Virus record (IMG/VR): IMGVR_UViG_3300024262_003767
Length of the DNA: 64,000 bases
Reading direction: 5' to 3' (one strand)
Origin: a virus
Shown here in pieces: positions 1-10,019 of this stretch. The position numbers and the translations under genes were made by a program. The notes beneath the pieces were generated by a model. It was not told the origin of the DNA, did no database searches, and was given only the letters and a program-made list of their open reading frames with translations. The stretch's first letter is position 1. Each line of letters starts with the position of its first letter.

Positions 1-1280
1 AAGAAAAAGGCTAGTTTCTTAATATTTTTACCTTCACATTTTGGATTAACACACATAATTTCAACTCCACTTTTATTCCAAACTAACTCAGAACCACAAC
101 TTGGACAATGTGTTGGAACATCTGCTTGTGTCGGTACTGAAACTCCAACGATTTTAGGAATAACAGATCCTGAACGAATAATTTCCACAACAGCATCTTT
201 ACCAATTTTATTATCTAAAATAAATTTCGCATTATAACCAGTCGCTCTTGAAATTGTCACACCTTCAACGTCAAATGGTACAACATTCACAACAGGTTTT
301 ACATAACCATTTTTTGATGTTTCCCAATCATTGAAAAGTGTTGGTGTTGATATTGGTTTTGCCCAATCTGATTTGTATGCAATTGCGTATGATGGATTGT
401 TATTTGTTTCTCTACCTAATTGTTTTCGTAATTTTTCATCATTGACATCAAGAACAATACCATCAATTTCATATTTTTCACCCCAAGTGTAATATAATTC
501 ATCTAACATTTCTGATGTTAGTTCAGAAATGCGAATTTTTTTGAAAGGAACTTTAAATCCTGTTTCTTTTTCAATGAGTTCAATTTGTTCTAACTTGCTC
601 ATATCTTCATCAGCAACACCATAACGAACATGATCAACAAATTCCCAATAAGGCGATACTTCATCGTGATTAACTAAGCCAGCAACCATATTACGAGGAT
701 TTTTATAAGGTTCACCATTACTTCTCACAAAATTATTTTCTTCAAAAACTTGTCTTGGAATAATGAGTTCTCCAATTGTGTAAAATTCAACAGTTGATGG
801 TTTAGAATCTGTGAATGTGTTTAGATGTTCTGTGATATTTTGACCTTCAATACCATCACCTCTTGAGTGTGATACTTGTGTAAATTCATTTCTAAGTGCG
901 GAAACGCCATCATATTTGGCTGTTGCGATTAATATTGTATTTAAAGGTATACCTTTATTTTTTGCCCATTTTTTTACTTCTTCAACAGTTTTCTTTTTTT
1001 CAAGTGAGTACATTGGTTTATCCAATGTTTCCATTCTTTCTGTTGAACCTAAATCTTCAACATTTTCAATAACAGCGTTATCAAAAAGTTCATCATTTGG
1101 TTTGATTTCTTTCATTTTTTCAACTAATCTATCATAGTCTCTATCAGAAAGTTCACCACTTTTTTTACCTAAAAATTCTTGAATATCTTCTGTAAGTTCT
1201 GATATATCTACTGGATTACCAATTCTATACCTTGCATTTGAGATTAAAATTGCGTCTTTTAGGTTCTGTTGAAATGTCAT
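1..1280 (-). CDS. ligA: NAD-dependent DNA ligase (LigA), N-terminal ~426 aa; the 3' end runs off the window start
   Basis: Manual translation of minus strand from ATG (rc of 1278-1280): MTFQQNLKDAILISNARYRIGNPVDISELTEDIQEFLG...; adenylation motif KYDGVS (KxDG); Zn finger CPSCGSEL...C..C near window edge; no stop inside window so absent from ORF track. Confidence 0.85.
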   Translation of the reverse strand, partial: MTFQQNLKDAILISNARYRIGNPVDISELTEDIQEFLGKKSGELSDRDYDRLVEKMKEIKPNDELFDNAVIENVEDLGSTERMETLDKPMYSLEKKKTVEEVKKWAKNKGIPLNTILIATAKYDGVSALRNEFTQVSHSRGDGIEGQNITEHLNTFTDSKPSTVEFYTIGELIIPRQVFEENNFVRSNGEPYKNPRNMVAGLVNHDEVSPYWEFVDHVRYGVADEDMSKLEQIELIEKETGFKVPFKKIRISELTSEMLDELYYTWGEKYEIDGIVLDVNDEKLRKQLGRETNNNPSYAIAYKSDWAKPISTPTLFNDWETSKNGYVKPVVNVVPFDVEGVTISRATGYNAKFILDNKIGKDAVVEIIRSGSVIPKIVGVSVPTQADVPTHCPSCGSELVWNKSGVEIMCVNPKCEGKNIKKLAFF

Positions 1281-1421
1281 ATTTTATGATTTTAATTTTT
1301 TGTTTTAAATTATAGTACAAAAGTAAGGATAATATTTGAATAAAAAAAGAAAATTTAATTTTTATATATAAGATATACTGTCTTTGTTTTTGATGTGTCA
1401 AAAAAAAATAAATAAAAATTA

Positions 1422-2321
1422 ATGATAAAAGAAAAAGAAATTGAAATATCTATAGGTTCTAGCAATTATTCACATTATGAAAAATACAAACCATATAAAA
1501 AGGGTGATAAAATTTTAGTTAAGATATATGACTTAATAGAAAATTCCACAGTTATCATTACCGCAATTTGTGATATTTGTAATAAAGAGAAGAAAATAAA
1601 ATATCAACCATACAACAATCAAATAAAAAAAAGCAATTTTTATTGTTGTTCTGAATGTAAAATGGTGAAAACTAGAGCTACAAATAAAAAAAAATATGGA
1701 TTTGATTATCCTATGCAAAGAGTGGAGGTTATGGTAAAGTCTAAAAATACATTATTAGAAAAATATGGAATAGAAAACATATCACAACGAGATGATATTA
1801 AACAAAAACGGAGTAAAATAATGTGTGATCCAAAATACCAAAAAAAACTTAAAAATGGGGTAATTAAAAAATATGGAGTCGATAATGCATCTTCTTTACA
1901 ATATGTTAAAGATAAAAAGAAAGAAACTACATTATCAAACTATGGTGTTGAGAATCCTTCTCAATCATCCGAAATTTTCATTAAGGCTCAAAAATCAGGA
2001 AAAAAAATTAAAGAGCATCACACAGGATTATTCTATAGAGGTACATATGAAAAAGATTTTTTAGACTTTTGTTATAAACATAAAGTACCTATCGAAAAGG
2101 GTAAAACACTTAAATATACACTAAATGGTAAAGAACGATATTATCATTCTGACTATTATATGAAAAATCTAAATTTAATAATTGAAATAAAATCAAATTA
2201 TTATTATGAGAAGTATAAAGAACAAAATATACAAAAAAAGATTTCTTCTATTAAAAATGGCTTTAACTACATTATTATTATTGATAAAGAATATGACGAA
2301 TTTTTAAGTAAATTTTCTTAA
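1422..2321 (+). CDS. Lys-rich repeat protein, homing-endonuclease-like (repeated [EK]KYG[IV][ED]N.SQ modules, C-terminal PD-(D/E)xK-like segment)
   Basis: Four KYGxxNxSQ repeats (KYGFDYPMQ, KYGIENISQ, KYGVDNASS, NYGVENPSQ); C-terminal HSDYYM...LIIEIKS resembles the PDFYL...YVEVKG module of ORF 5658..6491; the same repeats occur in ORF 61267..62148. Confidence 0.45.
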   Translation: MIKEKEIEISIGSSNYSHYEKYKPYKKGDKILVKIYDLIENSTVIITAICDICNKEKKIKYQPYNNQIKKSNFYCCSECKMVKTRATNKKKYGFDYPMQRVEVMVKSKNTLLEKYGIENISQRDDIKQKRSKIMCDPKYQKKLKNGVIKKYGVDNASSLQYVKDKKKETTLSNYGVENPSQSSEIFIKAQKSGKKIKEHHTGLFYRGTYEKDFLDFCYKHKVPIEKGKTLKYTLNGKERYYHSDYYMKNLNLIIEIKSNYYYEKYKEQNIQKKISSIKNGFNYIIIIDKEYDEFLSKFS

Positions 2322-3175
2322 TAATTTCTTTCATACACTCGTATATAATCAACTACAAAATCAGCGGGCATTTCTGATGGTTCAGGTAAATATCCTAAAT
2401 CTCCTGCGGTGTTGACAATAACACTCATTTTATTATTAGGTACATTATAAATTTGTCTATATACTGGAACATTATCGATATACCATTCAACATAATTCCA
2501 TTCCCATCTACAAGCATATGTGTGAAAGTCTTTACTCCAATCAATTCTATTATTATAAGTTCTACCCAATTGTGTGCCAAAGTATCCAGTTTTTTCTTTT
2601 TTTCCAGGTGTACCAAAATGTGTGGTTAAACTAATACCTTTTGTATAATCTTTTCCAACATCACTTGTACTCATAAATTCAAAAATGTCAATCTCTGGGG
2701 GCCAGGTACTTCCATACAACCAGAACGCTGTCCACCATTTTAAACCTTGTGTTGGTGGTTTACATCGTATTTCAAAATATCCATATTGTTGATCAAATCC
2801 AATATCTTCCCATCTTGCAGTATTTAACCACCCTCTTTTGAGTTTATACTCACCCCCTGGGTTATCTTTAACATATAAATGTAAATAATTATCTTTTAAT
2901 TCTATACAGTCCAATGAAGATTCACCAGCAACCTGTTGTGGTGTGTGTTCTGTATGAGTAGAATACCATTTATTCCATTTTGTCCAATCCATTTCAGTAC
3001 CATTAAACTCATCATTAAATGTTAGTGTCCAACCTTCTTTGTCTATTGGATTGATTGGTGGGTTTGAGAACAGTTTTTTATTTGAAAAATAAAATTTACA
3101 GTAATAGTAACCATTTAAGAAAATAACATAAATGTTCCATAAAATCTCTTTAATAGCGTATAGTAAATAAGTCAT
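2318..3175 (-). CDS. Glycoside hydrolase family 16 (laminarinase/beta-glucanase-like) with N-terminal hydrophobic anchor
   Basis: GH16 catalytic signature E-I-D-I-F-E in WPPEIDIFEFMS; ConA-like jelly-roll features; hydrophobic N-terminus MTYLLYAIKEILWNIYVIFL. Confidence 0.8.
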   Translation of the reverse strand: MTYLLYAIKEILWNIYVIFLNGYYYCKFYFSNKKLFSNPPINPIDKEGWTLTFNDEFNGTEMDWTKWNKWYSTHTEHTPQQVAGESSLDCIELKDNYLHLYVKDNPGGEYKLKRGWLNTARWEDIGFDQQYGYFEIRCKPPTQGLKWWTAFWLYGSTWPPEIDIFEFMSTSDVGKDYTKGISLTTHFGTPGKKEKTGYFGTQLGRTYNNRIDWSKDFHTYACRWEWNYVEWYIDNVPVYRQIYNVPNNKMSVIVNTAGDLGYLPEPSEMPADFVVDYIRVYERNY

Positions 3176-3222
3176 ATCTATTTTTATTTTTATATATAAA
3201 AATGTTATGGTAATGTTATATT

Positions 3223-3483
3223 CTAATTTAGATTTTGTAACTTTTTTATTCTAACATATTTTAATAAGTCTGAAAAGTCTAATTTTACAACATTCAACAT
3301 TTGTCTCATATTAAATCTATTATAACTAGGTGTGGATTCAACATCAACAAAATATGCTATCTCACAATCACAATTAATATCTATAATACCGATATTTTTA
3401 TTATCAATTTGATAAATTGATTTGACACTCAAATTGTATTTGTGTTCTAAATAATCATTTATTATTTGTTCTTTGAAAACCAT
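3223..3483 (-). CDS. hypothetical protein
   Basis: 86-aa ORF co-oriented with neighbours; no recognisable motif. Confidence 0.4.
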   Translation of the reverse strand: MVFKEQIINDYLEHKYNLSVKSIYQIDNKNIGIIDINCDCEIAYFVDVESTPSYNRFNMRQMLNVVKLDFSDLLKYVRIKKLQNLN

Positions 3484-3671
3484 TTTCTTGTGATTTTATC
3501 GAAAATCTTATCTCCATAATATTTTATAACGGTGGCAATTGTTGATATAACAAAAGATGCAACGATACTATCAAGTAATCCGAAACCATAAAATACCATA
3601 GATATTGTTATTACTATAAATATTAGTAAAAATAAGATTTTATATTTCTCCATTATTTGTGTAACTTTCAT
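3462..3671 (-). CDS. small hydrophobic membrane protein
   Basis: 69-aa ORF, hydrophobic core LFLLIFIVITISMVFYGFGLL...ISTIATVI. Confidence 0.4.
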   Translation of the reverse strand: MKVTQIMEKYKILFLLIFIVITISMVFYGFGLLDSIVASFVISTIATVIKYYGDKIFDKITRKWFSKNK

Positions 3672-3689
3672 ATTATGATTTATTTATTT

Positions 3690-4088
3690 TTAGTAATAAT
3701 TTATATAATTTACAATTGGTAAAAATAAATTTTTAGGGAAATTTTTCCAATCAAACCATCCAATTTCTGTACATTTTTCAGGTTCCATAATTTTGGCATC
3801 ATACGATTTAGATTGACACCTTACAAAAATTGTAATATAATGCAAATCCTCTTCAATAAACATATCATTAGTAAATCTATCAACTTGTAAATTGATGATA
3901 TCTAGTCCTGTTTCTTCTTTTGCTTCTCTGATTGCACAATCTACAATTGTTTCAAATTTGTCTAATTTTCCACCAGGGAAACTCCAGGTTCCTTCGCTGT
4001 GAGCACCTTTTCTTTTCATTAGAAGAACTTTACCATCGTAATCTTCTATTATAACACCTACGCCTATGTGTGGTCTATTACATTTCAT
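3690..4088 (-). CDS. NUDIX hydrolase
   Basis: Nudix box GKLDKFETIVDCAIREAKEETGL fits Gx5Ex7REUxEExGU. Confidence 0.85.
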   Translation of the reverse strand: MKCNRPHIGVGVIIEDYDGKVLLMKRKGAHSEGTWSFPGGKLDKFETIVDCAIREAKEETGLDIINLQVDRFTNDMFIEEDLHYITIFVRCQSKSYDAKIMEPEKCTEIGWFDWKNFPKNLFLPIVNYINYY

Positions 4089-4437
4089 TTTCTATTTTAT
4101 TTAATTTGGTTTTTCTTATATCTTTTTCTAATTTTTTCTTTAATCTATCAAAATCTGATATTTCAAAGAAATACTCAAATGCATTTTCATATGTTTCTTT
4201 TGTGATATAATATGTCTCTCCGTCTTTGGTATATGTTCGGGGTGGTAGTATTTTAAAAAAGTATGTAGTATCACGATTAAATCCAGAACTTCTTTCTAAT
4301 CTGATTATATCACCACTATATAAAAAAGTAAACATTCCTCTATCTACATATTTAGTATTGGTATTTTCATCGGGTATATCATATCCTTTCTGAACCCCAA
4401 TATCAATCAATCCTAATATAAATTCATCATTCATCAT
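4078..4437 (-). CDS. hypothetical protein
   Basis: 119-aa ORF; start/stop overlap with neighbours suggests an operon. Confidence 0.5.
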   Translation of the reverse strand: MMNDEFILGLIDIGVQKGYDIPDENTNTKYVDRGMFTFLYSGDIIRLERSSGFNRDTTYFFKILPPRTYTKDGETYYITKETYENAFEYFFEISDFDRLKKKLEKDIRKTKLNKIENEM

Positions 4438-4705
4438 TTATTTGCTCTAATTTCTTTTTTCTCAAATTTTTTCTCAAATGTTCTTTATATCTATCAGATT
4501 TTAATAAGAAGTTTTTTATTTCATTTTGTGTTGATTTTAAACCACAAGTAATAGATCCACTTGAGTATGTTAGCCAACCATTATGAAAAAAAAGATATTG
4601 ACCTCTATTAATAATTATACATTCTCCTAGTAAACCACTATCTTTTTTCAAAACATATATATCCTCGGGTATATCAAAAAAATCTATTGCTTCTAATAAA
4701 GTCAT
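4427..4705 (-). CDS. hypothetical protein
   Basis: 92-aa ORF in co-oriented block. Confidence 0.5.
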   Translation of the reverse strand: MTLLEAIDFFDIPEDIYVLKKDSGLLGECIIINRGQYLFFHNGWLTYSSGSITCGLKSTQNEIKNFLLKSDRYKEHLRKNLRKKKLEQINDE

Positions 4706-5215
4706 TTAAATGTTATTTTGTCTAATTATTTCTTCGAAAATAGTTGATTTTAAATCTTCATACAAATCTTCAAGTGAATTATTAATTTTCTGAGATGTTC
4801 GTATCACTCTTGTTTGTATTATTACATCATCTTTTCTTTCATATTCTGGATCTATACCAACCACTAATCTCATTGCTGTAGGTAAATATTTGCCATATTC
4901 AAATAATGTAATAGGATTTAGTGAACCTTTAGAAAACCAAAAAAGTATAATATTTGATTCTTTTAATTTATTATGTTCCCAAATGATTTGTTCTTTTAAT
5001 TTATTTCTTGATATTTTCTTTGACATTTTCTTCCGTCTCGGATTAAAAATGTCCGTGTGTTCAAACATATTTTTAGTTTGTGGATATTTTTCAGACTTTA
5101 TCTTTTCAATTATTTCATTTTGCCAATTTGGACAATTTGAAATTCCACCTGCTAAAAATAATTTAATTTTATTCAGGCTTTTAAGTTTACTCGGGGCTTC
5201 TAATATTTTTAACAT
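4706..5215 (-). CDS. nucleoside 2-deoxyribosyltransferase / DNPH1(Rcl)-like protein (tentative)
   Basis: KLFLAGGI...W near N-terminus and ILFWFSKGSLNPITLFEYGKYLPTAMRLVVGIDPE resemble the YLAG.. and FEhGyA motifs of the NDT/Rcl family. Confidence 0.4.
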   Translation of the reverse strand: MLKILEAPSKLKSLNKIKLFLAGGISNCPNWQNEIIEKIKSEKYPQTKNMFEHTDIFNPRRKKMSKKISRNKLKEQIIWEHNKLKESNIILFWFSKGSLNPITLFEYGKYLPTAMRLVVGIDPEYERKDDVIIQTRVIRTSQKINNSLEDLYEDLKSTIFEEIIRQNNI

Positions 5216-5216
5216 T

Positions 5217-5651
5217 TTAATAGTCTGTTATTAATTTTCCAATTAGATGATCATATTCGTGTTGAATTATACGTGCCATAACACCTTCAAATTCTTGTTG
5301 TTTATACTCCCATGCTCTATTGTGATATTGTATTCTAACTCTACCTTTTCGTGTGACAGTTATTGGTATATCAGGCACACTCAAACAACCTTCAGTCATT
5401 TGTTCTGAATGACCAAATGCGTATATTTTAGGATTTATATATGTTTCCTCAAAACCTTCATATGAAACAATAAATAGGTTTAAATTTTTACTAACTTGTG
5501 GTGCTGCTAATCCAACCCCAGTTGATGATCTCAAAGTTTCAAACATATCCGATATTAACTTTTTAGAATGTTCATTATTTATAACATCTATGTTTGGTTT
5601 TCTTAATATACCTCTTGGATCTTGATTATATTTTATTACATCTAATATCAT
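5217..5651 (-). CDS. def: peptide deformylase
   Basis: All three PDF motifs present: GVGLAAPQV, EGCLS, QHEYDHL (HExxH). Confidence 0.9.
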   Translation of the reverse strand: MILDVIKYNQDPRGILRKPNIDVINNEHSKKLISDMFETLRSSTGVGLAAPQVSKNLNLFIVSYEGFEETYINPKIYAFGHSEQMTEGCLSVPDIPITVTRKGRVRIQYHNRAWEYKQQEFEGVMARIIQHEYDHLIGKLITDY

Positions 5652-5657
5652 TATTTG

Positions 5658-6491
5658 TTATATAATTTTTAATTTTTTAAGTTTATCTTTATCATAAACT
5701 TCTATTTTTTTGTCTCTATATTGTTTTTTAAAAGCAAGATATTTATCTTTTGCATCATCTCTCCACCAGCCTTTAACTTCAACATATAAATCACAATCAA
5801 TAAGGTAAAAATCTGGTCTATATGTTCCTTCAGCATTATTATAATTGATAGGAAATGCTTCTGGTTCAAAGAACCATTCTATGTTATTTTTATCCAAATA
5901 AGTTGCATATTTTATTTCCCAAGAACTTCTCATCCACACAGAATCACCATTTTTACATTTATACCATTCACCTTTACCATGATAACATTTACCATAAAAA
6001 TTAGATTCCTTACCTCTTTTTACATTTTTACTTTTATTGATTAGCATTTTTTGATATCTTATGTTTGCTTCTATTTCGCCATATTTTTCTAACCAAACAC
6101 TAAATACTGAACGACCATACATTGGATTTTTATCACCAGACATTTTGACACTTATCTTTTTTTTAGTTTTGTCTGAATGATAATTACCTATGTTAGATTG
6201 ACTTATTTTTTTCTTTACCTCGTCTGTTCTATGCTTACCTTTAAAATGATGTGTATTATTTTTGTGCCATTCGATAAGTTTTTCAATCTTAACATCTTTA
6301 TTTGTATTCGCATTCACTTTATTAGAACACGATAAGCATAGATCATTTTTAACTGCATATCTATATTTTTTTTCTACTTCAGCATCACAATCTTTACATT
6401 TCCAAATTACAGTCTTTTCGCTACTTGGTTTCAAATCATTTGAATAATACCCAAACATATCCTTTGTTTTTTGTTCTAAAATAATACCCAT
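5658..6491 (-). CDS. homing-endonuclease-like protein with NUMOD3-type repeats and C-terminal PD-(D/E)xK nuclease-like domain
   Basis: NUMOD3-like repeats (HSDKTKKKIS, GDKNPMYGRS), N-terminal Cys pairs CKDCD..CLSC; C-terminal RPDFYLIDCDLYVEVKGWW = PD...EVK. Confidence 0.55.
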   Translation of the reverse strand: MGIILEQKTKDMFGYYSNDLKPSSEKTVIWKCKDCDAEVEKKYRYAVKNDLCLSCSNKVNANTNKDVKIEKLIEWHKNNTHHFKGKHRTDEVKKKISQSNIGNYHSDKTKKKISVKMSGDKNPMYGRSVFSVWLEKYGEIEANIRYQKMLINKSKNVKRGKESNFYGKCYHGKGEWYKCKNGDSVWMRSSWEIKYATYLDKNNIEWFFEPEAFPINYNNAEGTYRPDFYLIDCDLYVEVKGWWRDDAKDKYLAFKKQYRDKKIEVYDKDKLKKLKII

Positions 6492-6554
6492 AACATTTAT
6501 ATATTTTTCGATTATATATAAATATATACCAGTTGTATTTGTACCAAAAACAAA

Positions 6555-7016
6555 TTATATTATATATTTCCAAAATTCTTCAGGTAAATGAATATTTGTT
6601 AAAAACAAAACATTTTTAAATAATGGTGCAATGTCTGATGCTGCATAACCTGCTAACCCGCAACCTATTGGAGTAACTAAAAATATTTGTTCCTTATGTT
6701 TACAAGCATATTCAATAAAATTACCAACATACTTTTGGATTTCGATTACTGATAATGTTTTAATATTTTTATCTTTTGTTGGTATTGCATATGTTTGACC
6801 CTGAATTCCTTCACCTTGACCATAAATTGCGCCCCATTTAATTGCTTGTTTTGCTGCCCCTTTACCATGTCTTCCCGATTTGTTAGATCCAAAAATAAAC
6901 ACTTCATTGTCTTTTAATTTAGTAATTTTTTCTGGTGTTACTCTTTTTTCTTTATTAATATATTTACTATCACTAAAGTAAGAACCTCTCATTGCTTCTG
7001 ATCTTCCATCTGACAT
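6555..7016 (-). CDS. macro-domain-like protein (tentative; possible ADP-ribose-1''-phosphate processing)
   Basis: VFIFGSNKSGRHGKGAAKQAI and FLVTPIGCGLAGY resemble macro-domain glycine-rich motifs (vvNAAN..GGGVagAI / aFPaIstGiyG); weak, by eye only. Confidence 0.35.
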   Translation of the reverse strand: MSDGRSEAMRGSYFSDSKYINKEKRVTPEKITKLKDNEVFIFGSNKSGRHGKGAAKQAIKWGAIYGQGEGIQGQTYAIPTKDKNIKTLSVIEIQKYVGNFIEYACKHKEQIFLVTPIGCGLAGYAASDIAPLFKNVLFLTNIHLPEEFWKYII

Positions 7017-7136
7017 TGTTTTAATTGTTTTAATTTTAATTTTCTTAAATAACTATTTAATCCTTTTTCATTATTTACAAAATGTGATAACCCCATATTT
7101 TATATAATGTATTTTACTTTTTGTGATTTGTTTAAA

Positions 7137-7164
7137 TAAAAAAAGGGCTACAATAGCCCTTTTT
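7137..7164 (-). terminator. rho-independent terminator overlapping the stop of ORF 7148..7390
   Basis: hairpin gggctacaatagccc flanked by A-run and T-run; the minus-strand transcript reads hairpin then TTTTTTT. Confidence 0.6.
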
Positions 7165-7390
7165 CAATCCATTTTCCATTAATTTTAACTTTATCAAGTT
7201 TTGTTAATGTAAATCTCCATTTTTCAGGAAAATCTAATAATCTTAGATTCATTTGTGTTACCATTTTATGAGCAGTTTTATACTCATTTTGATTAGTGTT
7301 CACCTCTATCAATTGATAAGGTGCGTGATACCCATTACGGTGTATCAGATCAACTCTCCAAAGTTGACATCTTTCGCTTGTGTTTGCCAT
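7148..7390 (-). CDS. hypothetical protein
   Basis: 80-aa ORF followed by terminator. Confidence 0.45.
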   Translation of the reverse strand: MANTSERCQLWRVDLIHRNGYHAPYQLIEVNTNQNEYKTAHKMVTQMNLRLLDFPEKWRFTLTKLDKVKINGKWIEKGLL

Positions 7391-7446
7391 AATCTGAACT
7401 AGTCAGACTACGATGTATTAAAATACCTCATACAACTATATATTAT

Positions 7447-7818
7447 TTATTCTGTGTGAAGTTTTCTTATTTTTGATTTTTTATTTAGTTCATCAAGTTT
7501 CATCTTTCTCAACGCCAAATTACCTAAAAATCGTTTAACAGTGGTCCAAACCATGGTGCCTTTATCACCTTGTATTTTTATTTTACCTGGTTTTTTATCT
7601 AAAACTTTATATACCTTACCAACTGTAAAAGATTGTATCTTTTCTGCTGTTCCATTTTTAGAAAATCTTGGATCAAATGATAAATCTCTATCATCAAAAC
7701 ACAATATAGTATCACCTATATTACAATCTCCATGTTTCAACAACATTCTATCAAGTTCTATTTGTTTTTGGTAGAAATGTAAATTATAAAATTTTTTTGA
7801 ACGTAATTTATTTATCAT
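7447..7818 (-). CDS. hypothetical protein
   Basis: 123-aa ORF. Confidence 0.45.
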   Translation of the reverse strand: MINKLRSKKFYNLHFYQKQIELDRMLLKHGDCNIGDTILCFDDRDLSFDPRFSKNGTAEKIQSFTVGKVYKVLDKKPGKIKIQGDKGTMVWTTVKRFLGNLALRKMKLDELNKKSKIRKLHTE

Positions 7819-7838
7819 ATAATGATATATGATAAACT

Positions 7839-8660
7839 TTAAGAAATGTTTTCAAGTTTTAATGCTCTGATTTGTTTTTTAGAAAAAATATTAGTTTTTG
7901 ACTTCTTTATTAAATGTGAAAATATTTTATTTTGTATTAATTTTTTCTTTACGGAAAAATCCGCATTTACTATTTTTTCTTCAAATTCAATTAAACATTC
8001 AGGCTCACGACCATCACCTAAATAAACTTTATCTCCTACTGTGTGAAACCAAAACCATTCTATTTTAATGTCATTTTCTTTAAACAATTTATCTACTTCT
8101 GAACTTAAATAATAATAAAAATATGTTAATAATTCAGTTAAAAATTCAGTTTCAGAAAATCCATCATTACTATTTAAATAATAATACCAAAAATTACTAG
8201 GTTCAACACCTAACTCAAGACAAAGATTATCAATTTTATCAATATTTTTGTTGGTTTTATTAAAAACATAGTCATTAAACAAACTTTTAAATGATTTAGT
8301 ATCTCCATTACCTTTATCACAATTACATTTTGAACACATTGTCTGATAATTGGTAGAAGTGTTTTTACCACCTTTAGATTTTGGTATGATGTGATCTTTC
8401 GTCATTAAAATTTCATCACCGTTTTCATTTACACCATACATATTGATGTGATATTTTTCAATTTCGGGTAAATGCTTCTCAATTGCTAAAAAAATTCCTT
8501 CAAGTCCACATTCAACACAGAATCTATTTTCTTGAAATAATTTGTATCGTTGTGAGGTTATCTTAACAGTAACCCCGTTAATTGTTCGGTATCTATTTGG
8601 TCCTACACTATCCTTTAGTTTTTTTAAATAACTTATATCTAATTTACTATGTCTTATCAT
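7839..8660 (-). mobile_element. HNH homing endonuclease
   Basis: HNH motif TKDHIIPKSKGGKNTSTNYQTMCSKCNCDKGN; Cys pairs CVECG; sits between conserved genes, typical of a free-standing HEG. Confidence 0.75.
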
Positions 8661-8675
8661 CTTTTTATTTAAAAA

Positions 8676-9188
8676 TTATTTCAGGTAAATAGGATCAACG
8701 TGATCAACTAACCATACACCATTTTCTGATTGATAAAATTTAATTTTATCAACAATCATTGGATAAGTATCAATTTTGAAGATATATGGAGTATCATTTT
8801 TACAATATCTATTTGCAACATCTAAAGCAGTATCATAATCAGCACTTAGATGTACATGATTTCTTTTCATTTTAGAAAGTCCATTTTTTCTAATTGATTT
8901 AACATTTCTAGATGCTGTGCCGTGATATAAAAATTTTGGTGGCATCTTTGATTTCAATTCAACATCAACTTTTAAAGAATGTCCTTGATTTGCTCTAATT
9001 TTAGTTTCATCTTCATTAAAACTAAATCTTTTCTTATCATTATTATCTACAATCCATTGTAAATCTTCAAATGATATATTAACTTTATTCAATAAATCAT
9101 CAACATCAACCCAACCATTTTTATCCATAGACAAATCTTCTGGGTTATGTCTTAATAAATAACTTATTTGTATTCCTTTATTTTTCAT
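8676..9188 (-). CDS. kptA: RNA 2'-phosphotransferase KptA/Tpt1
   Basis: Near-collinear with E. coli KptA: LLRHNPEDL, NGWVDVDDLL, RFSF, NQGHS, PPKFLYHGTASR, HVHLSAD, ENGVWL. Confidence 0.9.
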   Translation of the reverse strand: MKNKGIQISYLLRHNPEDLSMDKNGWVDVDDLLNKVNISFEDLQWIVDNNDKKRFSFNEDETKIRANQGHSLKVDVELKSKMPPKFLYHGTASRNVKSIRKNGLSKMKRNHVHLSADYDTALDVANRYCKNDTPYIFKIDTYPMIVDKIKFYQSENGVWLVDHVDPIYLK

Positions 9189-9227
9189 TTATTCCTTTAT
9201 TTTTCATCTATTTTATCTAATTACTCA

Positions 9228-9689
9228 TTATAATTGATTAAGTTTTAATTTTCTATTTTCTTTAATGAAAGAATTGTTGATTTTATTCCATAATTGTTCT
9301 TCTGAAAGTAGTTTTTGTATTTTATCATCAGAACAATACTCACATAAATATTTTTGTTTGATTAATCCCAAACAGACAGGACAATCTATGTCGCCATATT
9401 TACAGCCGTGGTTAATACAACAATGAGTTTCATGTACACCATATTTTTCCTTGGGTATTGTCGTTTTACCTTTTTTTACAGCTATCTCTTTTTCTTTTTG
9501 TTTTCGTTCAAACTCAGTTGTACTTTTGATATCTTCTAAAATATCATCACAAGTGAATTTGGAAAATTGATCTGATAATTTTTCATCCAAACCTTCAGTT
9601 CTCATTTTTTTAATAAAATCCGAAAATTCTTTCCTTTGCTCTTCATTTAAAGCAAATATTAAACTTGATATATCACTAAACATCTTCAT
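9228..9689 (-). CDS. Cys-rich hypothetical protein (putative Zn-binding)
   Basis: Cluster THCCINHGCKYGDIDCPVCLGLIKQKYLCEYC. Confidence 0.5.
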   Translation of the reverse strand: MKMFSDISSLIFALNEEQRKEFSDFIKKMRTEGLDEKLSDQFSKFTCDDILEDIKSTTEFERKQKEKEIAVKKGKTTIPKEKYGVHETHCCINHGCKYGDIDCPVCLGLIKQKYLCEYCSDDKIQKLLSEEQLWNKINNSFIKENRKLKLNQL

Positions 9690-9915
9690 CTTTCAACTTA
9701 TTATAAATTTCAAAATCAACACTACCATCTTCATTAATGTATTGTTCGTAAGTAAACTCACAACATGCTCTAATATGCATCATTGAAAATCCTTTTCGGT
9801 GACACATACACATACAAATATTTTCTTTTTTCTTTTCCATACGGCAAATATAAACAAAAATATGTAAATAAAAAATGTTCACTAAATAGAAAATGTGTTC
9901 GTTTTTGATGCACAT
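9676..9915 (-). CDS. small Cys-rich hypothetical protein (likely starts at internal Met MEKKKEN)
   Basis: CMCMCH...ACC motif; weak. Confidence 0.3.
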   Translation of the reverse strand: MCIKNEHIFYLVNIFYLHIFVYICRMEKKKENICMCMCHRKGFSMMHIRACCEFTYEQYINEDGSVDFEIYNKLKDEDV

Positions 9916-10019
9916 TTTTAATTCATTATTATCACATTATTATATAATATAATGCTAATTAAGTACTTAGTATTTTTGGCACACTTTATGAGATAGTAAT
10001 AAAAAACAATATAGAAATT

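Noticed and set aside
916-1137. 73-aa plus-strand ORF inside the ligA region
   Set aside because: It is antisense to the well-supported minus-strand NAD-dependent ligase reading frame; low-complexity, S/F-rich translation; spurious.
1533-7774. Short antisense ORFs in the track (1533-1718-, 1873-2064+, 2425-2616-, 4890-5234+, 6262-6447+, 7541-7774+, and similar ones elsewhere such as 22496-22678-, 28450-29025+, 47836-48855+, 53283-53971)
   Set aside because: Each lies entirely within a longer ORF on the opposite strand or frame that has strong homology support. Their translations are low-complexity (F/L/I/S-rich), as expected for AT-rich antisense frames.
9985-10000. TGGCAC hexamer suggestive of a sigma54 -24 element
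   Set aside because: The downstream spacing and sequence lack the -12 TTGC(A) element (ACTTT ATGAG instead); likely chance.
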